Below, piece by piece: positions 27,719 to 42,841 of a DNA stretch of 64,000 nucleotides. This DNA comes from Eledone cirrhosa. Lineage: Eukaryota. The translations under genes and the position numbers were made by a program. Below the pieces are notes generated by a model. The model did no database searches. It saw nothing but the letters and a program-made list of their open reading frames with translations, and was not told where the DNA came from. The stretch spans positions 93,992,001 to 94,056,000 of the forward strand of contig OZ024741.1 of NCBI GenBank assembly GCA_964016885.1. Reading direction: 5' to 3'. Positions within the stretch are counted from its first letter, which is position 1. Each line of letters begins with the position of its first letter.

Positions 27719-28320
27719 ATGGTGGCTGCCAACTCGTTTTCGAGTACGGCCACTACTTTATATCCATGTAGGAGAACCCCTACCGATGCGCTGAACGTGT
27801 GTGACTTTTTAGTCCAGCCAGCGACTTGAAAACTCTGGTACAAACGCTACACTTGTGACAATTATTGACACATAGTGCTGGGCCCTTGGTACCATGTGAC
27901 GACAAGTGCAGAGAGATCTCCAGATATAAAGCAATGCCTGTGCCGTGAAGCTTTTATAGTGAGCAAAGGCACTGCACAAAGCCAGTCCCACTCTCTTAAC
28001 CAAGATGATATTTACCAAAAAGAAGAACAAGTCAACATCATTGGATACCATCAGAGTTGCAGGTGTTATATCAGAGTTTTCCTTCTCCTAGAATTCTGCC
28101 TTGACAAAGGCTAAGGGGTCATCTCTCCCGGTGATTTTGGATGGCCATTGACTCTTAAGAGCTCCTTTGACAGGTTTTGTTTTTAGTCCTGCAGGATGTC
28201 CAAAGTCACCCTCCTCACCAAGAAACCTTGGTGGGGTTGCCAGTTTAGTCGCCAACGACCCGACCATGAGGCAGGTTGTACTGGGATACATGTTACCAGT
28301 AGCACCAACTGGTGACCTGA
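27719..28320 (-). mobile_element. RTE-LINE 5'UTR-like dispersed repeat (other copies at 40354-41310 -, 53078-53510 +, 57070-57685 +)
   Basis: Four mutually similar copies containing the RTE-type tctaggagaagg.aactc motif. Confidence 0.6.
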
Positions 28321-28881
28321 CATAAGTATACATATATACATACATACATACATATGTAAATGTGCGTTGGTGTCTGTTGGCGTGTATGTGTGTATTGTTT
28401 GGTTGTTTGGATATACATGTATATCTTAGTCGCATTGGTATTTATATTTGTATACTTTAGTTTAACTTATTTATGTTGGTAAATATATAGTTTAGATATA
28501 AATTAAATAGAATTTAAACTATATCTGCAAGTCGATTGTTTCGGTTCAAATGATTGACACGTTTCACAGGCAACGTCTTAATAGTCTTAGTTGTCATACT
28601 GGTTTCATATTTCCGAGGAACACTTAGTAGAAGACAGTGAAAAAATACATGGAGGCTGACTAAAGTTTGTTATTGCCGCCAATATTGGTATAAGTGAGTT
28701 CCCGGCCTTCCAAAGTGTTTAGTGACATGACTACACTAATACTTTCTTTCGCTTTTCAACTCGCTACTCAAGATGCAGTCTTAAGGTCACCGTCGTGACA
28801 ATCGGCGTGTCTAGGGCATTTTAAACCTGACAGAGTCCACCTCATCTTCGGGTTTGAACACAGCCTATTTCTACCAGACAA

Positions 28882-28915
<34 letters not shown>

Positions 28916-28958
28916 AGAGAGGGAAAGAGAAAGAGTGAGAAAGAGATATATAGAGTGG

Positions 28959-29027
<69 letters not shown>

Positions 29028-29070
29028 AGAGAGGGAAAGAGAAAGAGTGAGAAAGAGATATATAGAGTGG

Positions 29071-29114
<44 letters not shown>

Positions 29115-29781
29115 GAGTAAATGAGAGAGTTAGAGAAATGAAATGAGAAATAGATATATGAGAAGAATCGACCCCAGTACTAGAATGATCTTTTTTTATC
29201 GAGCTCGAATGGATGAGAAGTTGATCTGAGTGGGATTTGAACTCAGAGAGCCGGATCGAATACCACAAAACATTCCAGCCTACATTCTAAAGACTCTGCC
29301 AATTCACTGCCTCACACTAATACTAAAATTGTTTAATGTTTAATCCCAGACCAGCATACACACAGACCTATTGTCAAAAGCGTTATAGCCAGTGCCATGC
29401 GGTCTTTTACATTTCATGTAGTGTATCTAGGATTAAATTATACAATTGCCAGGAGACTCTATCATGCCACATTTAAAGAGATGTAGATGTTAGATTCGCA
29501 GGTCAAACGATCATGCAGTGGTACTCTTGTTGGCTCACGTGTATCAGAGTTGTTCATTGTTGTTTCATTGTAAATGTTGTTTTTCTCCGCTTATATTCAA
29601 TTGTAACTTGCCAATATTGTTAATGCCTTTCACCAATTCCGAAGTCAATAGAGAAGCACTAACTATGTACGAACGTATTTTAAATCAAATGTTCGTTTGC
29701 CTTCTAAAGTGGTACAGTTTAGGTTCCACAAAATATTTGGATAGATTTTGAAACATCTACACCGAACTTTGCATTCATCCT

Positions 29782-29937
<156 letters not shown>

Positions 29938-30499
29938 ATTAGAAATATAAGCTTTCACCGTATTTTTTACTAAATAAATTTTTAGCCTGATAGTGGGGTT
30001 TAGAACCCTCAGAGAAATGGAAAAAGATGAGTATTGACGTACATGGGAGTCGAACCCACATCTTTGGTTATCCAACATAGTTACTTGTCATTTACTTGCA
30101 AAGAATGTAGCTTCTAATTTGAATAGAGGGAGATGGGTGATGTGTTGGTGTAATGGTAGTACAGTGGTCTGGTTAACCAAAGATGTGGGTTCGACTCACA
30201 TGTACGTAAATACTCATCTCGTGTTATTATTTTTACACTCTTTCCTACGTTCCTCTACACACTATACGTCTCATTCTACATTTCCTCTTACATCTCTCTC
30301 TTCACCACCTGATTCTGTTATCCGGACATTTACCCATCTGCATTGTTAAGGCTTCCAAAACGACCAAAAATTATATATATATATAAATATATAGAATAGA
30401 ATGAAACGAAATTTCATTTCTCACTCTTAGTACGGCACTTACTTAAATGTAAGTATGTATGTATTTATACGTACATACATATATGTATACAGACGTACA

Positions 30500-31127
30500 G
30501 TAGTATGTATATATATACATACATGCACACATATATATATATGCACGTATCGGTTTACCGAACATTTATTATAATGCTCGGTTTGTTTGTTTGTAAACAA
30601 ACAGCCCGAATTACGCCGTACAGTGTTTAGGCAACCACGTCACCTTTTTGTTCAACACTGACACAGGAACGATGTACTAGTTTCAAGCTTATTAGCTATC
30701 GTCAACATCGTATACCTTCCTGCCAGATGGTTGAACGTCTGAAAGTATATACTTTCCTTATGCATATTAACGACTGAGCAGCCTAATTTGCATATCGAGT
30801 GAGTTCAGTCGGCCGGGCGCACCGAAAACGATAAATGGCAGGAAGGTATACGATAAATGGCAGGAAGGTATACGATAAATGGCAGGAAGGTATACGATAA
30901 ATGGCAGGAAGGTATACGATGCTGACGATAGCTAATAAGCTTGAAACTAGTACATCGTTCCTGTGTCAGTGTTGAACAAAAAGGTGACGTGGTTGCCTAA
31001 ACACTGTACGGCGTAATTCGGGCTGTTTGTTTGTTTACAAACAAACAAACCGAGCATTATAATAAATGTTCGGTAAACCGACACGTGCATATATATATAT
31101 GTGTGCATGTATGTATATATATACATA
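30500..31127. repeat. Fold-back element with two hammerhead copies and an internal 22-bp tandem repeat
   Basis: Arms ~30500-30725 and 30902-31127. The unit cgataaatggcaggaaggtata occurs 4 times at 30829-30916. Confidence 0.85.
30916..30958 (+). ncRNA. Minimal type I hammerhead ribozyme (intact core)
   Basis: acgatg-CTGACGA-t-agct-aata-agct-t-GAAA-CTAG-TA-catcgt. 6-bp stem I. The mirror copy at 30669-30711 (-) has C3>U. Confidence 0.85.
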
Positions 31128-32971
31128 CTAGGGATATTAGTTAATACTTCATGATCATAAGGTGGGTTAAAGTAAGTATTGAGTCTCCTCCTATTCTTAC
31201 CTTTACTATCTCTACCGTTATCTGGTATCCTATTAATAGGATCAGGGTTAATACGAGGACCAGTTGAAATAACACTATTAGAAGCAGTTAAAACATTACC
31301 ACTGGGTGAACGTTCAAAGCGCCCATCCTGTTCATTAGAACTAATCTCGAAATGCGTACCATTAGACTCACTATTACGATTACTATTTCGGTAGCTAAAC
31401 TTAGGGTTCGGTTTGGATACATCTATAAGATTTCTATGATTCCTATATTTTCTACTCCTATTCAAGGCCATATTATGGGATATTACGTTATTATGGGTAA
31501 TCGGAGTCATTCCAAGGTTGTCCTCCTTATAATGTATTCTACCAGAGTAACCAGAGTTAGCTAGGGCATTGTTATAATACTCTGCATGTGAATTAAATAT
31601 TCCTATATCCTTAGAGAGTGTGGAGATTCTATTAGAATCACCATTAATTATAGAACTAATCATAGATTTAGGGTGGTTGGAATTAGGATTAACGTAAGAG
31701 AGTGTCTCATTTGGCTTGTGGAAGGGTTTATAACTATTAGTGACCAAGTCTAATGTCACATCTAAAAAGTTAACTGCTCTATCATTCTTATCAATCGTGA
31801 TCGAAAGGTTAAAATTTAAAAAATTTATATAGCTTCTTCCTATTATGCTCAATGTTATTAGTGCTAGAGTTTATCACAAATAATGCATCGTCACGATAAA
31901 GTCCACCTTTAAGGCGCGGAAAGTTAACATACAGTTCGTTCAAGAGGAACAGCCCAACAAGATCAGTTACCTGCGCCGAATCACTCGAACCCATTGTAAC
32001 GTCAAAGTTGTTGGGTGTGTTTTTACGCGTCCAAAGTGTATCTTCGAATTTGATGATAGTCCTACGGGCGGCTAGTATAACATCAATCTGGGGTCGCGTA
32101 AGACTAGACATTCGCATGGCCATAATTAAGGCTTTATTAAAGAGGATAGGTGAAATCGACGTGTAATAGGCGTCTATATCAAACTGGATAAACCTACTAG
32201 ACTCAAGCTTATTAATTCCAGAGAACCAATCAATAACATCCTTAGTATTCCCCCATAGATTAAAATGAACCTTTTCCCTAACGGTAGGTATAATCAGGTC
32301 AATAATTGTCTTACTAATTATAGCTATATCAGACTTAGAAGGACTAATAAGTCTAACAGAAGGATTACTTATGAAGTCCACCTTATGATCCTTAAGTGTG
32401 AATCTCGGAATCAAGACCCAGATCCGAAACTATCTCGAGGCCCTCATTATTGATCCAAATTATCCTGCGTTGTCTTTTTGTAATTTTTATGCAGCTCCTT
32501 ATAAATAAAATTACGGTAAGCAATATAATCCATAGAGTAAAGATTCTTAGTCTTGTCAGCCGGGACAAGAATAGACTTATTCCCTTTAAAATCCTTAACA
32601 ATATTCTTAAGTTTAGACTGGAACCTTTCAAATTTATTATAGTTCCCATATTTATTATGCGGCTTATATTTTATATTTTTGACAAGGGAAAGTAAATCGT
32701 TCTCAAAATTATCTAATAGAACATTATGCGGTGGACTTTTATAAGTCTTGAAGCCAAAGTTATTGAATGGAGTCTTATCCCGGGGGTTAATCCTATTCCT
32801 ATTAATATCAAAGTGGAAAGCACGCCATCTAATCCTTTTTACGAAGGAATTAACGCTAGCAATCAAGAGTTTTTCATAAGTATTTCTAGAGGGGATGGGA
32901 ATATTCTTCAGAGATAAAGGCAAGTAGCTCTTTGTTAGCATACTGTCAGATATATATAAAGGCCAAAACAC
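31128..32971 (-). mobile_element. Penelope-like element, frameshifted N-terminal and RT domains, 3'-truncated
   Basis: SLKNIPIP, IRWRA, ILVPADKTKNLY, TLKDHK..F..NP.VRLISPSKS, FIQFDIDAYYTSI, DVTMGSSDSAQVTDLVG, LYRDDAL, VNFLDVTLDL, SNHP and YFNPPY. Confidence 0.9.
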
Positions 32972-33118
32972 CAGTATATAGGAAAAAGCTCAACCAATCC
33001 TCTTTGTTTATTTTTTATAATTTTTCGGCCCTGTTATATTACATTGAGCTATATCTTATACTGTCATTTCTATAATACGACGAGTGTGTTTAACTCCAAC
33101 GCACTCTAGTATTTTAAT

Positions 33119-33213
<95 letters not shown>

Positions 33214-33719
33214 GAAGTGCGTTGAACAGTCGAAATGTGTGATAAAGTTATATCTGTATAAATACAAAATGGGTAACCGAGACTGCGACAACGCTTATAT
33301 AAATATACATATTTTTAATATGTAGACATGTAAACATGCTAAAAAATACGAATCTCCCAGTTAATTGAAAAATAATAAACACTTTTAATCGATTTTCGGA
33401 CCTAGTTGGGTCTTCACCAGAAGGCGTCTATATCATCCAAACAACCACAAGGAAACAGGTATTTGATGGGCTTGTATACTTATTCATTCTTAGTAGTATT
33501 CTGAAATGGACGTACTATTTGCATATAATTAGTGTTCGTGTTGGTAGTTAATTAAGATATATTAATGTGTTTTCAATTTACAGGGAAATTCGTATTTTCT
33601 ATTATGTTTACATGTCAAGATATTAAAAATATGTATATTTATGTTCATAGTCTCGATTACCCACTCTGTGTACATACAGATATAACTTTATCGTACACTT
33701 CGGCTGTTTAGTGCACTTC

Positions 33720-33801
<82 letters not shown>

Positions 33802-34436
33802 TATAAGCGTGCGTATTGTGTGTGTATATATATATATATATACACACATAAAAATGGTAAAACTCATCGCTGGAACAGCCGTCAAAGACAGCGATGTGCA
33901 ATAATGCCTCAGAGGACAGAAACCAGTGGTCAGTGGCCAACAGAGAGACAATCCACAAGGTGGGTGACAAGCAGGTGAAATATAGAAAAGATTGAAAGAG
34001 AAGGAGCACAAGGAGAAGTGTGTTTTACGCACAGAAGTGACTCGGTGAAGAAATAAAGAAAGGCGATGTAGAAGACAATTTTACACGCACACATCTTCAC
34101 CTTCATCAGCTCTCAAACGAGCAAAATGGTTCCGCACGATTTAATTGAGAGTACCATTTTAAAATGCTGGATCACGCAATAGAAAAATAAATACTTCTAT
34201 ATGGTTGAAATGCGTTAAAGGTTGACTTAATCAGAAAATATGCTCAAAATGGAAAATTACGTTTAATCATTGAATGACGGATAGAAGCTTAACCCCTCCC
34301 AAACACTGAATATGTAAAGAAAGACTATGTCTGTTCGAGTTTATTTGTACATGAACGTTATTGTAGATATCGCTACACTTGAACAGTTTGAGGTGAGGGA
34401 TTAGTGGAAACAGAGAGAGAGAGAGAGAGAGAGAGA

Positions 34437-34501
<65 letters not shown>

Positions 34502-34780
34502 AGCGGGTGGGTGATATGAGATCCGGTTATGGTTACTCAGTGTAAAATATTCCATAAAAACAGTGTACTATCAGAGTCATTAGCAGTCATGGATAAGTAT
34601 TGAGAAGACATAGGCAGGCACAACATATAACTTTTGGTGAGTTTTTTTTTCTGTTTAGTGACCAGTACTGATAGTTTACTACTTGTTTTATTTAGCTGAT
34701 GACAAAAGAGGAATAAGGGATTTTCACTTCGTTTAACAATTTACTTCATATAATTGATATATTATATATATATGTACACA

Positions 34781-34819
<39 letters not shown>

Positions 34820-34955
34820 CGAAGAAAATGTGGTAAGGAACCAAGTGGACCATAACGCACCAAAGTACTCAATACTTAGGGTAGTGGAGTGGGTAATAGA
34901 GTCCAGAATTAGCCGTCGAAACGGCTTGAGCTCAGCCGTTGGGGTCTTACTGGTT

Positions 34956-34991
<36 letters not shown>

Positions 34992-35380
34992 AAAGGTAAA
35001 CAGAAATAACAACACAATAAGTACAGTATATGGAAGGAATAACTTTGATAACTTTGATAGGTTTCGGCCAGTATTGACCCAGGCCATGTCTAACTTAATA
35101 TTAGTATAACACTTGATTGATGTACACACACACATACACACACATATATATATAATAGTGATAATAAATGCAAAGACAAAAATTCAGAGAAAACTCAATA
35201 TGGATTGTATATATATTTCATTTCTCACTCTTAGTACGGCACTTACTTAAATGTAAGTATGTATGTATGTATACGTACATACATATATGTATACAGACGT
35301 ACAATAGTATGTATATATATATGCACGTGTCGGTTTTCCGAACATTTATTATGATGCTCGGTTTGTTTGTTTGTAATATA

Positions 35381-35528
35381 ATAATTGTTTCTACGTTTGG
35401 CACAAGGCCAGCAATTACACAGTGCATTACTGGTACTTTATTTTATCGACCCCGTAAGGATGAAAGGCAAAGTTAACCTCGGCGGGATTTGAACTCAGAA
35501 TGGCAAAGGCCGTAACTCTATGCGTCAA
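35381..35528 (-). mobile_element. tRNA-derived SINE (5' truncated)
   Basis: Reverse complement of the SINE consensus. Confidence 0.85.
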
Positions 35529-35591
35529 AATATAATAATAAAATGTGGAGAGGAAGCACACGAGTAAGGATATATATATATATATATATAT

Positions 35592-35994
35592 ATGAAAACG
35601 GAGAAAGAGACGATTATGAGGAAGAAAAATATATTTTTTTCCTTTTTTGTTTCTCTCTCTCTTTTTTCTGGGTTAGAAAATTATTAAAGCGAAATGTTTT
35701 ACTTTGTGTGAAGTGTTAAGGTATTAGTTGATTTATTTATTATTTAACAATGGCATTTATTTATCTATTTATTTATCTATTTATATATTTAATTATTGTC
35801 TAGATAATAATTAAATATATAAATAGATAAATAAATGCCATTGTTAAATAATAAATAAATCAACTAATACCTTAACACTTCACACAAAGTAAAACATTTC
35901 GTTTTAATCATTTTCTAACCCAGAAAAGAGAGAGAGAGAAACAAAAAAGGAAAAAAAAAATTTTTCTTCCTCATAATCGTCTCTTTCTCCCTGT

Positions 35995-36000
<6 letters not shown>
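35592..36000. repeat. ~410-bp loopless palindrome in (TA)n
   Basis: Centre tct|aga at 35801/35802. Arms are complementary apart from small indels. Confidence 0.85.
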
Positions 36001-36061
<61 letters not shown>

Positions 36062-36398
36062 TATGTAAGTATGCACACGTGTGCATACTTACATTTATGC
36101 ATCAGCTGTGCTAGGGCGAGAAATAAATTTCTAATTATATATATAAAGAAGAAATTAAAAGATGGTTAAAAAAGTTCCAGATATTTTATTATGCGCATTT
36201 CGAATACAAAATCATCCTGGGACAAAAATGGTGTTCTCATCAGATAAAATAAGCTAACATGATATGAGGCATAATAGCACTTATTTACAGGAAAGTGCAA
36301 AGTCTACATATGACAGAAATATAAGTGATAATACTATAGCAAGAAATAGATAGGAAAATAGAAGAAAAGGAAAGAAGAGGAGAAAAAGGAAAAAAGAA

Positions 36399-36467
<69 letters not shown>

Positions 36468-36917
36468 CAGAGAGAGACTTTTGATCAGGAACGCTGTCAA
36501 AATTAGATCAGCTGTAAATAACGGTTAAAAAGTAAATTGATGAGGTGTATGTGCGAATATTATAGATGGTATTCAAATATTAGAGGTCTAAAATATAGAA
36601 ACTGGGTATATTATTTTATATTGGGTTTAAATACTAAAAATTGGATTAAGAAGTGTAAAAATGTATTAATAAAATAAAATAAAATAAAATAAAATAAAAT
36701 AAAATAAAATAGATATAAAAAAAGATTTTTATAAAATAAAATAAAAATAAAAATAGTCTATGTCAAAATTAATAATTTCTAGTAAAAATCTATATATGTG
36801 GGGTATACTATTTAATTTTTATTTTATATCGACAAGTAAATAAAGGAAATTGCTAGAATGATTTATAAACGTAGAAAAACATATGACGTCATGATTTGTT
36901 TACAAAATCTACGAAGG

Positions 36918-37194
36918 TTTGAGCGAAAATCGAAGGCTATAGAAAAAAAGTCAAAGGCTTAATATATGCTGAGAAAACTAAATTAATACATTATAGAATA
37001 TAATGAAAGATGTGTAAAAATAACCGTGACTCGTGGAATATGTTATAGGAGCATCAGCTATATACTTTCTATGTTCCTATAACATATTCCACGAGTCACG
37101 GTTATTTTTACACATCTTTCATTATATTCTACAATTCTCAGTATATATTAAGTCTTTGACCTTTTTTTTCTATAGCCTTAGATTTTCGCTCAAA
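36918..37194. repeat. Fold-back inverted repeat
   Basis: Arms tttgagcgaaaatc...gttataggagcat and atgttcctataac...gattttcgctcaaa. Confidence 0.85.
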
Positions 37195-37203
37195 ATTAGC
37201 TGA

Positions 37204-37360
37204 ATTGGCAGTATCAGTAGAGCGTCGGACAAAATGCTCTGTGGCTTTTAGCTACGACCCGTTTCGTTCTGAGTTCAAATCCCGCCGCGGTGAACCTGGT
37301 TTTACATCCTTTTAGAGGTCGATAAAATAACATACTAATCCCCTAAATCGTTGGCCTTTT
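37204..37360 (+). mobile_element. Diverged tRNA-derived SINE
   Basis: ttggcagtatcagtagagcgtcggac...gagttcaaatcccgcc...gtcgataaaataa. Confidence 0.75.
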
Positions 37361-37379
37361 GTTTAAATTAGCTGAAATT

Positions 37380-37690
37380 CTTTATATACATGAAACTTGT
37401 TTATTACGTTATATACATGAAATCTACATATGTTATATACTGTATAAGAAATTTAGATATGTTATATACATGAAATCTACATATGTTATATGCATGAAAT
37501 CTACATATGTTATATACATAAAATCTACTCAAAGTTATATACATAAAATCTACTCAAAGCTAATATACATGAAATCTATATATTACGTTGTATTTACACG
37601 AAACCTACATATTACGTTATATATATATATATGGAATCTACATATTACGTTATATATGTATGAAATCTGCATATTACGTTATATATATAT
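37380..37690. repeat. Degenerate ~24-bp minisatellite (gttatatacatgaaatctacatat)
   Basis: Repeated variants; similar units resume at 38409-38455. Confidence 0.75.
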
Positions 37691-37719
37691 GTATATATAT
37701 ATATATATATTTTATAAAT

Positions 37720-38400
37720 ATAGTTTCTATTTATTTAATATCATATTAGGACAATGGGATTGATGAGTTAATATCTGTATACAACAACTACAACGGTTCG
37801 TGATGGGGCCCACCCACAGCCCCGGCGGACAGAATGGAGAAGGCGTTTCCCCGGAGGACGGCAAGGGTGACGCGCTGGAAAAGCCACTCCAACTCGCGGG
37901 GCTCACACCTGCGGCTGGTCAGCTCAGCGCCTATGGTGGTGAGTAAGGAGGTAGCCCTGGGGCCGAGGACACCAGAAGTTTCCACTGCCAGGGGAACGAC
38001 CGCAAACCTGTCGGAGAGCGACCGGTATTTGAGGAGTTTGGCCACCTCAGCCCGACGTTCAGCAGAACCTGGGTCAGTCGCAGACTGCACCAGGTTGCGG
38101 CTGCAGAAAGTGTCGGTACAAGTGGCATCCCAGACGAGGGGTTTGCCACCGCGGAACGGGAAGATGGTCATGCCATCTGGCCTTTTGCCGTCCCCTCGAT
38201 CCAGCCCCACCGGCTCGAGCTGGGAAGGGAAGCCTGCAGCGTCCAAGCCATGCTTAATGACCTCGTTGAGGGCAGCGTGGCGTGGAATGCGGCCGGCACT
38301 GTGACGACAGGAAAGCGGGTGGAGGCCGAAAGAGTCCACGGTGGAACCGCAGCGACATTGGTGTGGCTGGCAGATCCGGAGGCCGAGCCTTAGGGAAACG
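37720..38400 (-). mobile_element. Second, shorter 3' fragment of the CRE-like element (RLE domain plus short 3' UTR)
   Basis: ORF 37788-38339 is nearly identical to the C-terminus of 14592-16055 and keeps RHAALN and KRPDG..WDAT. Confidence 0.85.
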
Positions 38401-38699
38401 CTGATAACCTACTTATTACGTTATATATATATGGAATCTTCATATTACATTATATAGAAACCTTATTTTTAACGCAACCAATACCATCAAATTCACAGCT
38501 ACAACATTATAATTATTATAAGCACTAAGACACAATAACTGCTAGCCAAATCACAAACGCCAGTGTTATGTATATTATGATTGTTCCTTTTTTAATTTAT
38601 AATTCAGCTATTTTAAAACGAATAAAAGATTACAACGGAGGATTCAGAAAAAGGAACAAATAAAAAGGATTAGCAATCTTCTGGAGATTGCTACGAAAG

Positions 38700-38987
38700 A
38701 TGGCGGAAAACTCATCAAACAACTCCTCTCCTGGAGAAGATGCACTAACAGATGATGACATACAAAGAGCCATTACTTTCTTGAATATCCAAACTGATGA
38801 AACACATTCATTTGATGATAAATTAAGCCTACTTCAAAAGTATATCATGCAATCGGATGATATATGTGAGATATACAATGTTATGGATGAATTAAACATT
38901 TCAACTGACGGTGCCAAGACAATTGAAGAGACAAAAGAAAGGATAAAAATTCGACTGACAACAACACGGAGCGAATTAACATCAGAG
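38700..38987 (+). CDS. Probable first coding exon of the dynamin-like GTPase gene
   Basis: ATG at 38700 (aagATGg), 96 complex codons MAENSSNN...ELTSE, donor GAG|gtaaga, phase 0 compatible with the exon at 58321. The link across 19.3 kb is inferred. Confidence 0.6.
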
Positions 38988-39096
38988 GTAAGATATAACT
39001 AATCTATAATAACCTATTTACACACATGTTTACATAGGTACTTACATACATAATACATAATACATAAATAAATACATACTTACACATATATATATA

Positions 39097-39132
<36 letters not shown>

Positions 39133-39216
39133 AAGTTATATTTAAAATTGTTGGGTTACAACTAGTAAATATTTATAACTGATATAAAAGCACTCGACAA
39201 ATATTTGGAGTATATT

Positions 39217-39964
<748 letters not shown>

Positions 39965-39970
39965 TGTCTC

Positions 39971-40032
<62 letters not shown>

Positions 40033-40125
40033 ATGCTTTGGGAGGGTCATGTTGCCAAAGCATAACAATATCGGTTTCAACAGACGTTCTAAGATAAAGA
40101 ATCTTGCTAAACAAATTTAGAAACG

Positions 40126-40173
<48 letters not shown>

Positions 40174-41653
40174 TGTCAGTCGAAACTATGGAATAGGTCC
40201 GATACATCTTCGGTCATTTTGCCACTCACTGAATTATTTAATTAAATATTTTAAGACATCAACGCAGGATATATATACATACATACATACATGCATATAC
40301 ATACATGCATATACATACATGCATACATACTTACTTGTATAGATACTTACAAACATGGTGGCTGCCAACTCGTTTTCGAGTACGGCCACTACTTTATATC
40401 CACGTAGGAGAACACCTACCGATGCGCTGAACGAGTGTGACTTTTTAGTCCAGCCAGCGACTTGAAAACTCTGGTACAAACACTACACTTGTGACAATTA
40501 TTGACACATAGTGCTGGGCCCATGGTACCATGTGACGACAAGTGCAGAGAGATCTCCAGATATAAAGCAATGCCTGTGCCGTGAAGCTTTTATAGTGAGC
40601 AAAGGCACTGCACAAAGCATACATACATACATACATACATACATACATACATACATACATACATACATACATACATACATACATGATGGCTGCCTCCTCG
40701 TTATCGAGTATGACAATTGAACGATATACCATTATTAATAATTATTAATTATTATTAATTCTATCGTGCAATGCCTGTGCGTAAAGATTTCTTTTAAAGT
40801 GAGGAAAGACTGTGTACTGAGCCAATCCCACTCTCTGAGCGACAGTAACTATGACCCGAACAGAAGAAAAGATCAACATCATCGGTAACTACTGAGCTGC
40901 AGGTTTTATGTCGGAGTTATCCCAGTTTCCTGAGTTGCCTTCTAGAAGAATGCCCTGACAAATGCTAGGGGTCCTTCACTCCTAGTGATTTAACCGCGCG
41001 ACCGGGTATCCAGCCCGAATATTTCTATGTCCCCCGCATATACATACACATGCACACATGCATATACATATATACATATACATACACATGTACATGTGTA
41101 TATACCTACTTACACATTTTTGGATGGCCGTTGAATCTTATGAGTTCTTCGGCCCTTTGTCAGGTTTTGTTTTTTGTCCTGTAGGGTGTCCAAAATCCCC
41201 CTCCTCACCAAGTAAACGTGGTGGGGTTGCCGGTTTAGTCACCGAGGATCCGACCATGCGACAGATTGTACTAGGTTACATGTTACCAGTAACACTCAAG
41301 AGTGACTCGACATACATACATACACACACACACACATACTTATAAAAGCATAATATCTTAATATGTGATAAATAATACAAAATACTAAATTTAATGTACG
41401 ATAATTATTCAAATATATGTGTATGAAGTGTGTTATTCTGTTCAAATATTTACGTATATACATACACCTCTAGTATATGAGCGTATTATATACGTTTATG
41501 TATGTTTTCATATACGCCTCAATTATGCTTAAACGATGTCTTAGTGCTACCGACAATTAAACATAACTGGCCAAGCTCACACTATATGCAAATGACCACT
41601 CCAGACGATGTTTTCTGCAAGTGAGTGTCTCTAGCAAGTGATCATCACGCAAA

Positions 41654-41728
<75 letters not shown>

Positions 41729-41768
41729 CTCTCTCTCTCTCTCCCTCTCTCTCACCCTCTCTCTCACC

Positions 41769-41803
<35 letters not shown>

Positions 41804-42301
41804 TCTTTATATATATATATATATATATACTCTTTTACTTGCCTGTTCCAAGCCATCCGGCTGAGGCCATGATGGGGCACCGCCCTTGTTGCTACACATT
41901 CAATCTCCATCCTGTGTTGGCTGGCTATTTGTGCAAGAGGGAGCTCGTTGTTGCTGCCCTTAGGTTACCTTCGTACCGTGCTGTAGGCTCATCCGGGATC
42001 CTGGATAGCAGGGTGTCGAGGTGTATATATTTATCTTAGGAAAATGTTTATTAATTTATTTTTCCTAGTGAGATTGACTTCGATAAAATATATAATTATC
42101 TTAGGAAATCTTTTACTAATTTATTTCCCCAATGAAACTGACTTCGATAAAATATTTTGATCCCTGCAAACTCTTTGGCTTCCCTTTCCATGAATATTCA
42201 TGATCTGTAATGCTGCTTATTTATCAATCTTTTGGATCGTACCCTCTGGACCTTACCTTGGATATTTGATCTGCTTGATCGTAACAACACTTTGAGAGCT
42301 T

Positions 42302-42448
<147 letters not shown>

Positions 42449-42746
42449 TATATATATAAATGTATAAATATAGATATATATATATGTATAAATATATATA
42501 TATATAAATATATATATAAAAATACATTTATATATAAATATAAATATATATATATAAATGTATAAATACAGAGTGGGTAACCTAACTGCACCAGCGTGTA
42601 TACTATATACACATGTCTAATATGTAGGCATGTAAACGTGCCAGAAAACACGAATTTTCTTATTGGAGCCGCATTAGAAGACGTATATAATTCAATCAAC
42701 CACATTTATTTGAACATGTATTTTAAGGCTGTGTATATATATATAT

Positions 42747-42784
<38 letters not shown>

Positions 42785-42785
42785 G

Positions 42786-42838
<53 letters not shown>

Positions 42839-42841
<3 letters not shown>

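Noticed and set aside
30140-30210. Functional tRNA gene (also SINE heads and 16718-16780)
   Set aside because: A/B-box-like motifs only; no clean cloverleaf, and embedded in repeats.
30829-30916. 22-bp repeats (and 17-bp repeats at 16281) as CRISPR repeats
   Set aside because: Directly abutting with no spacers.
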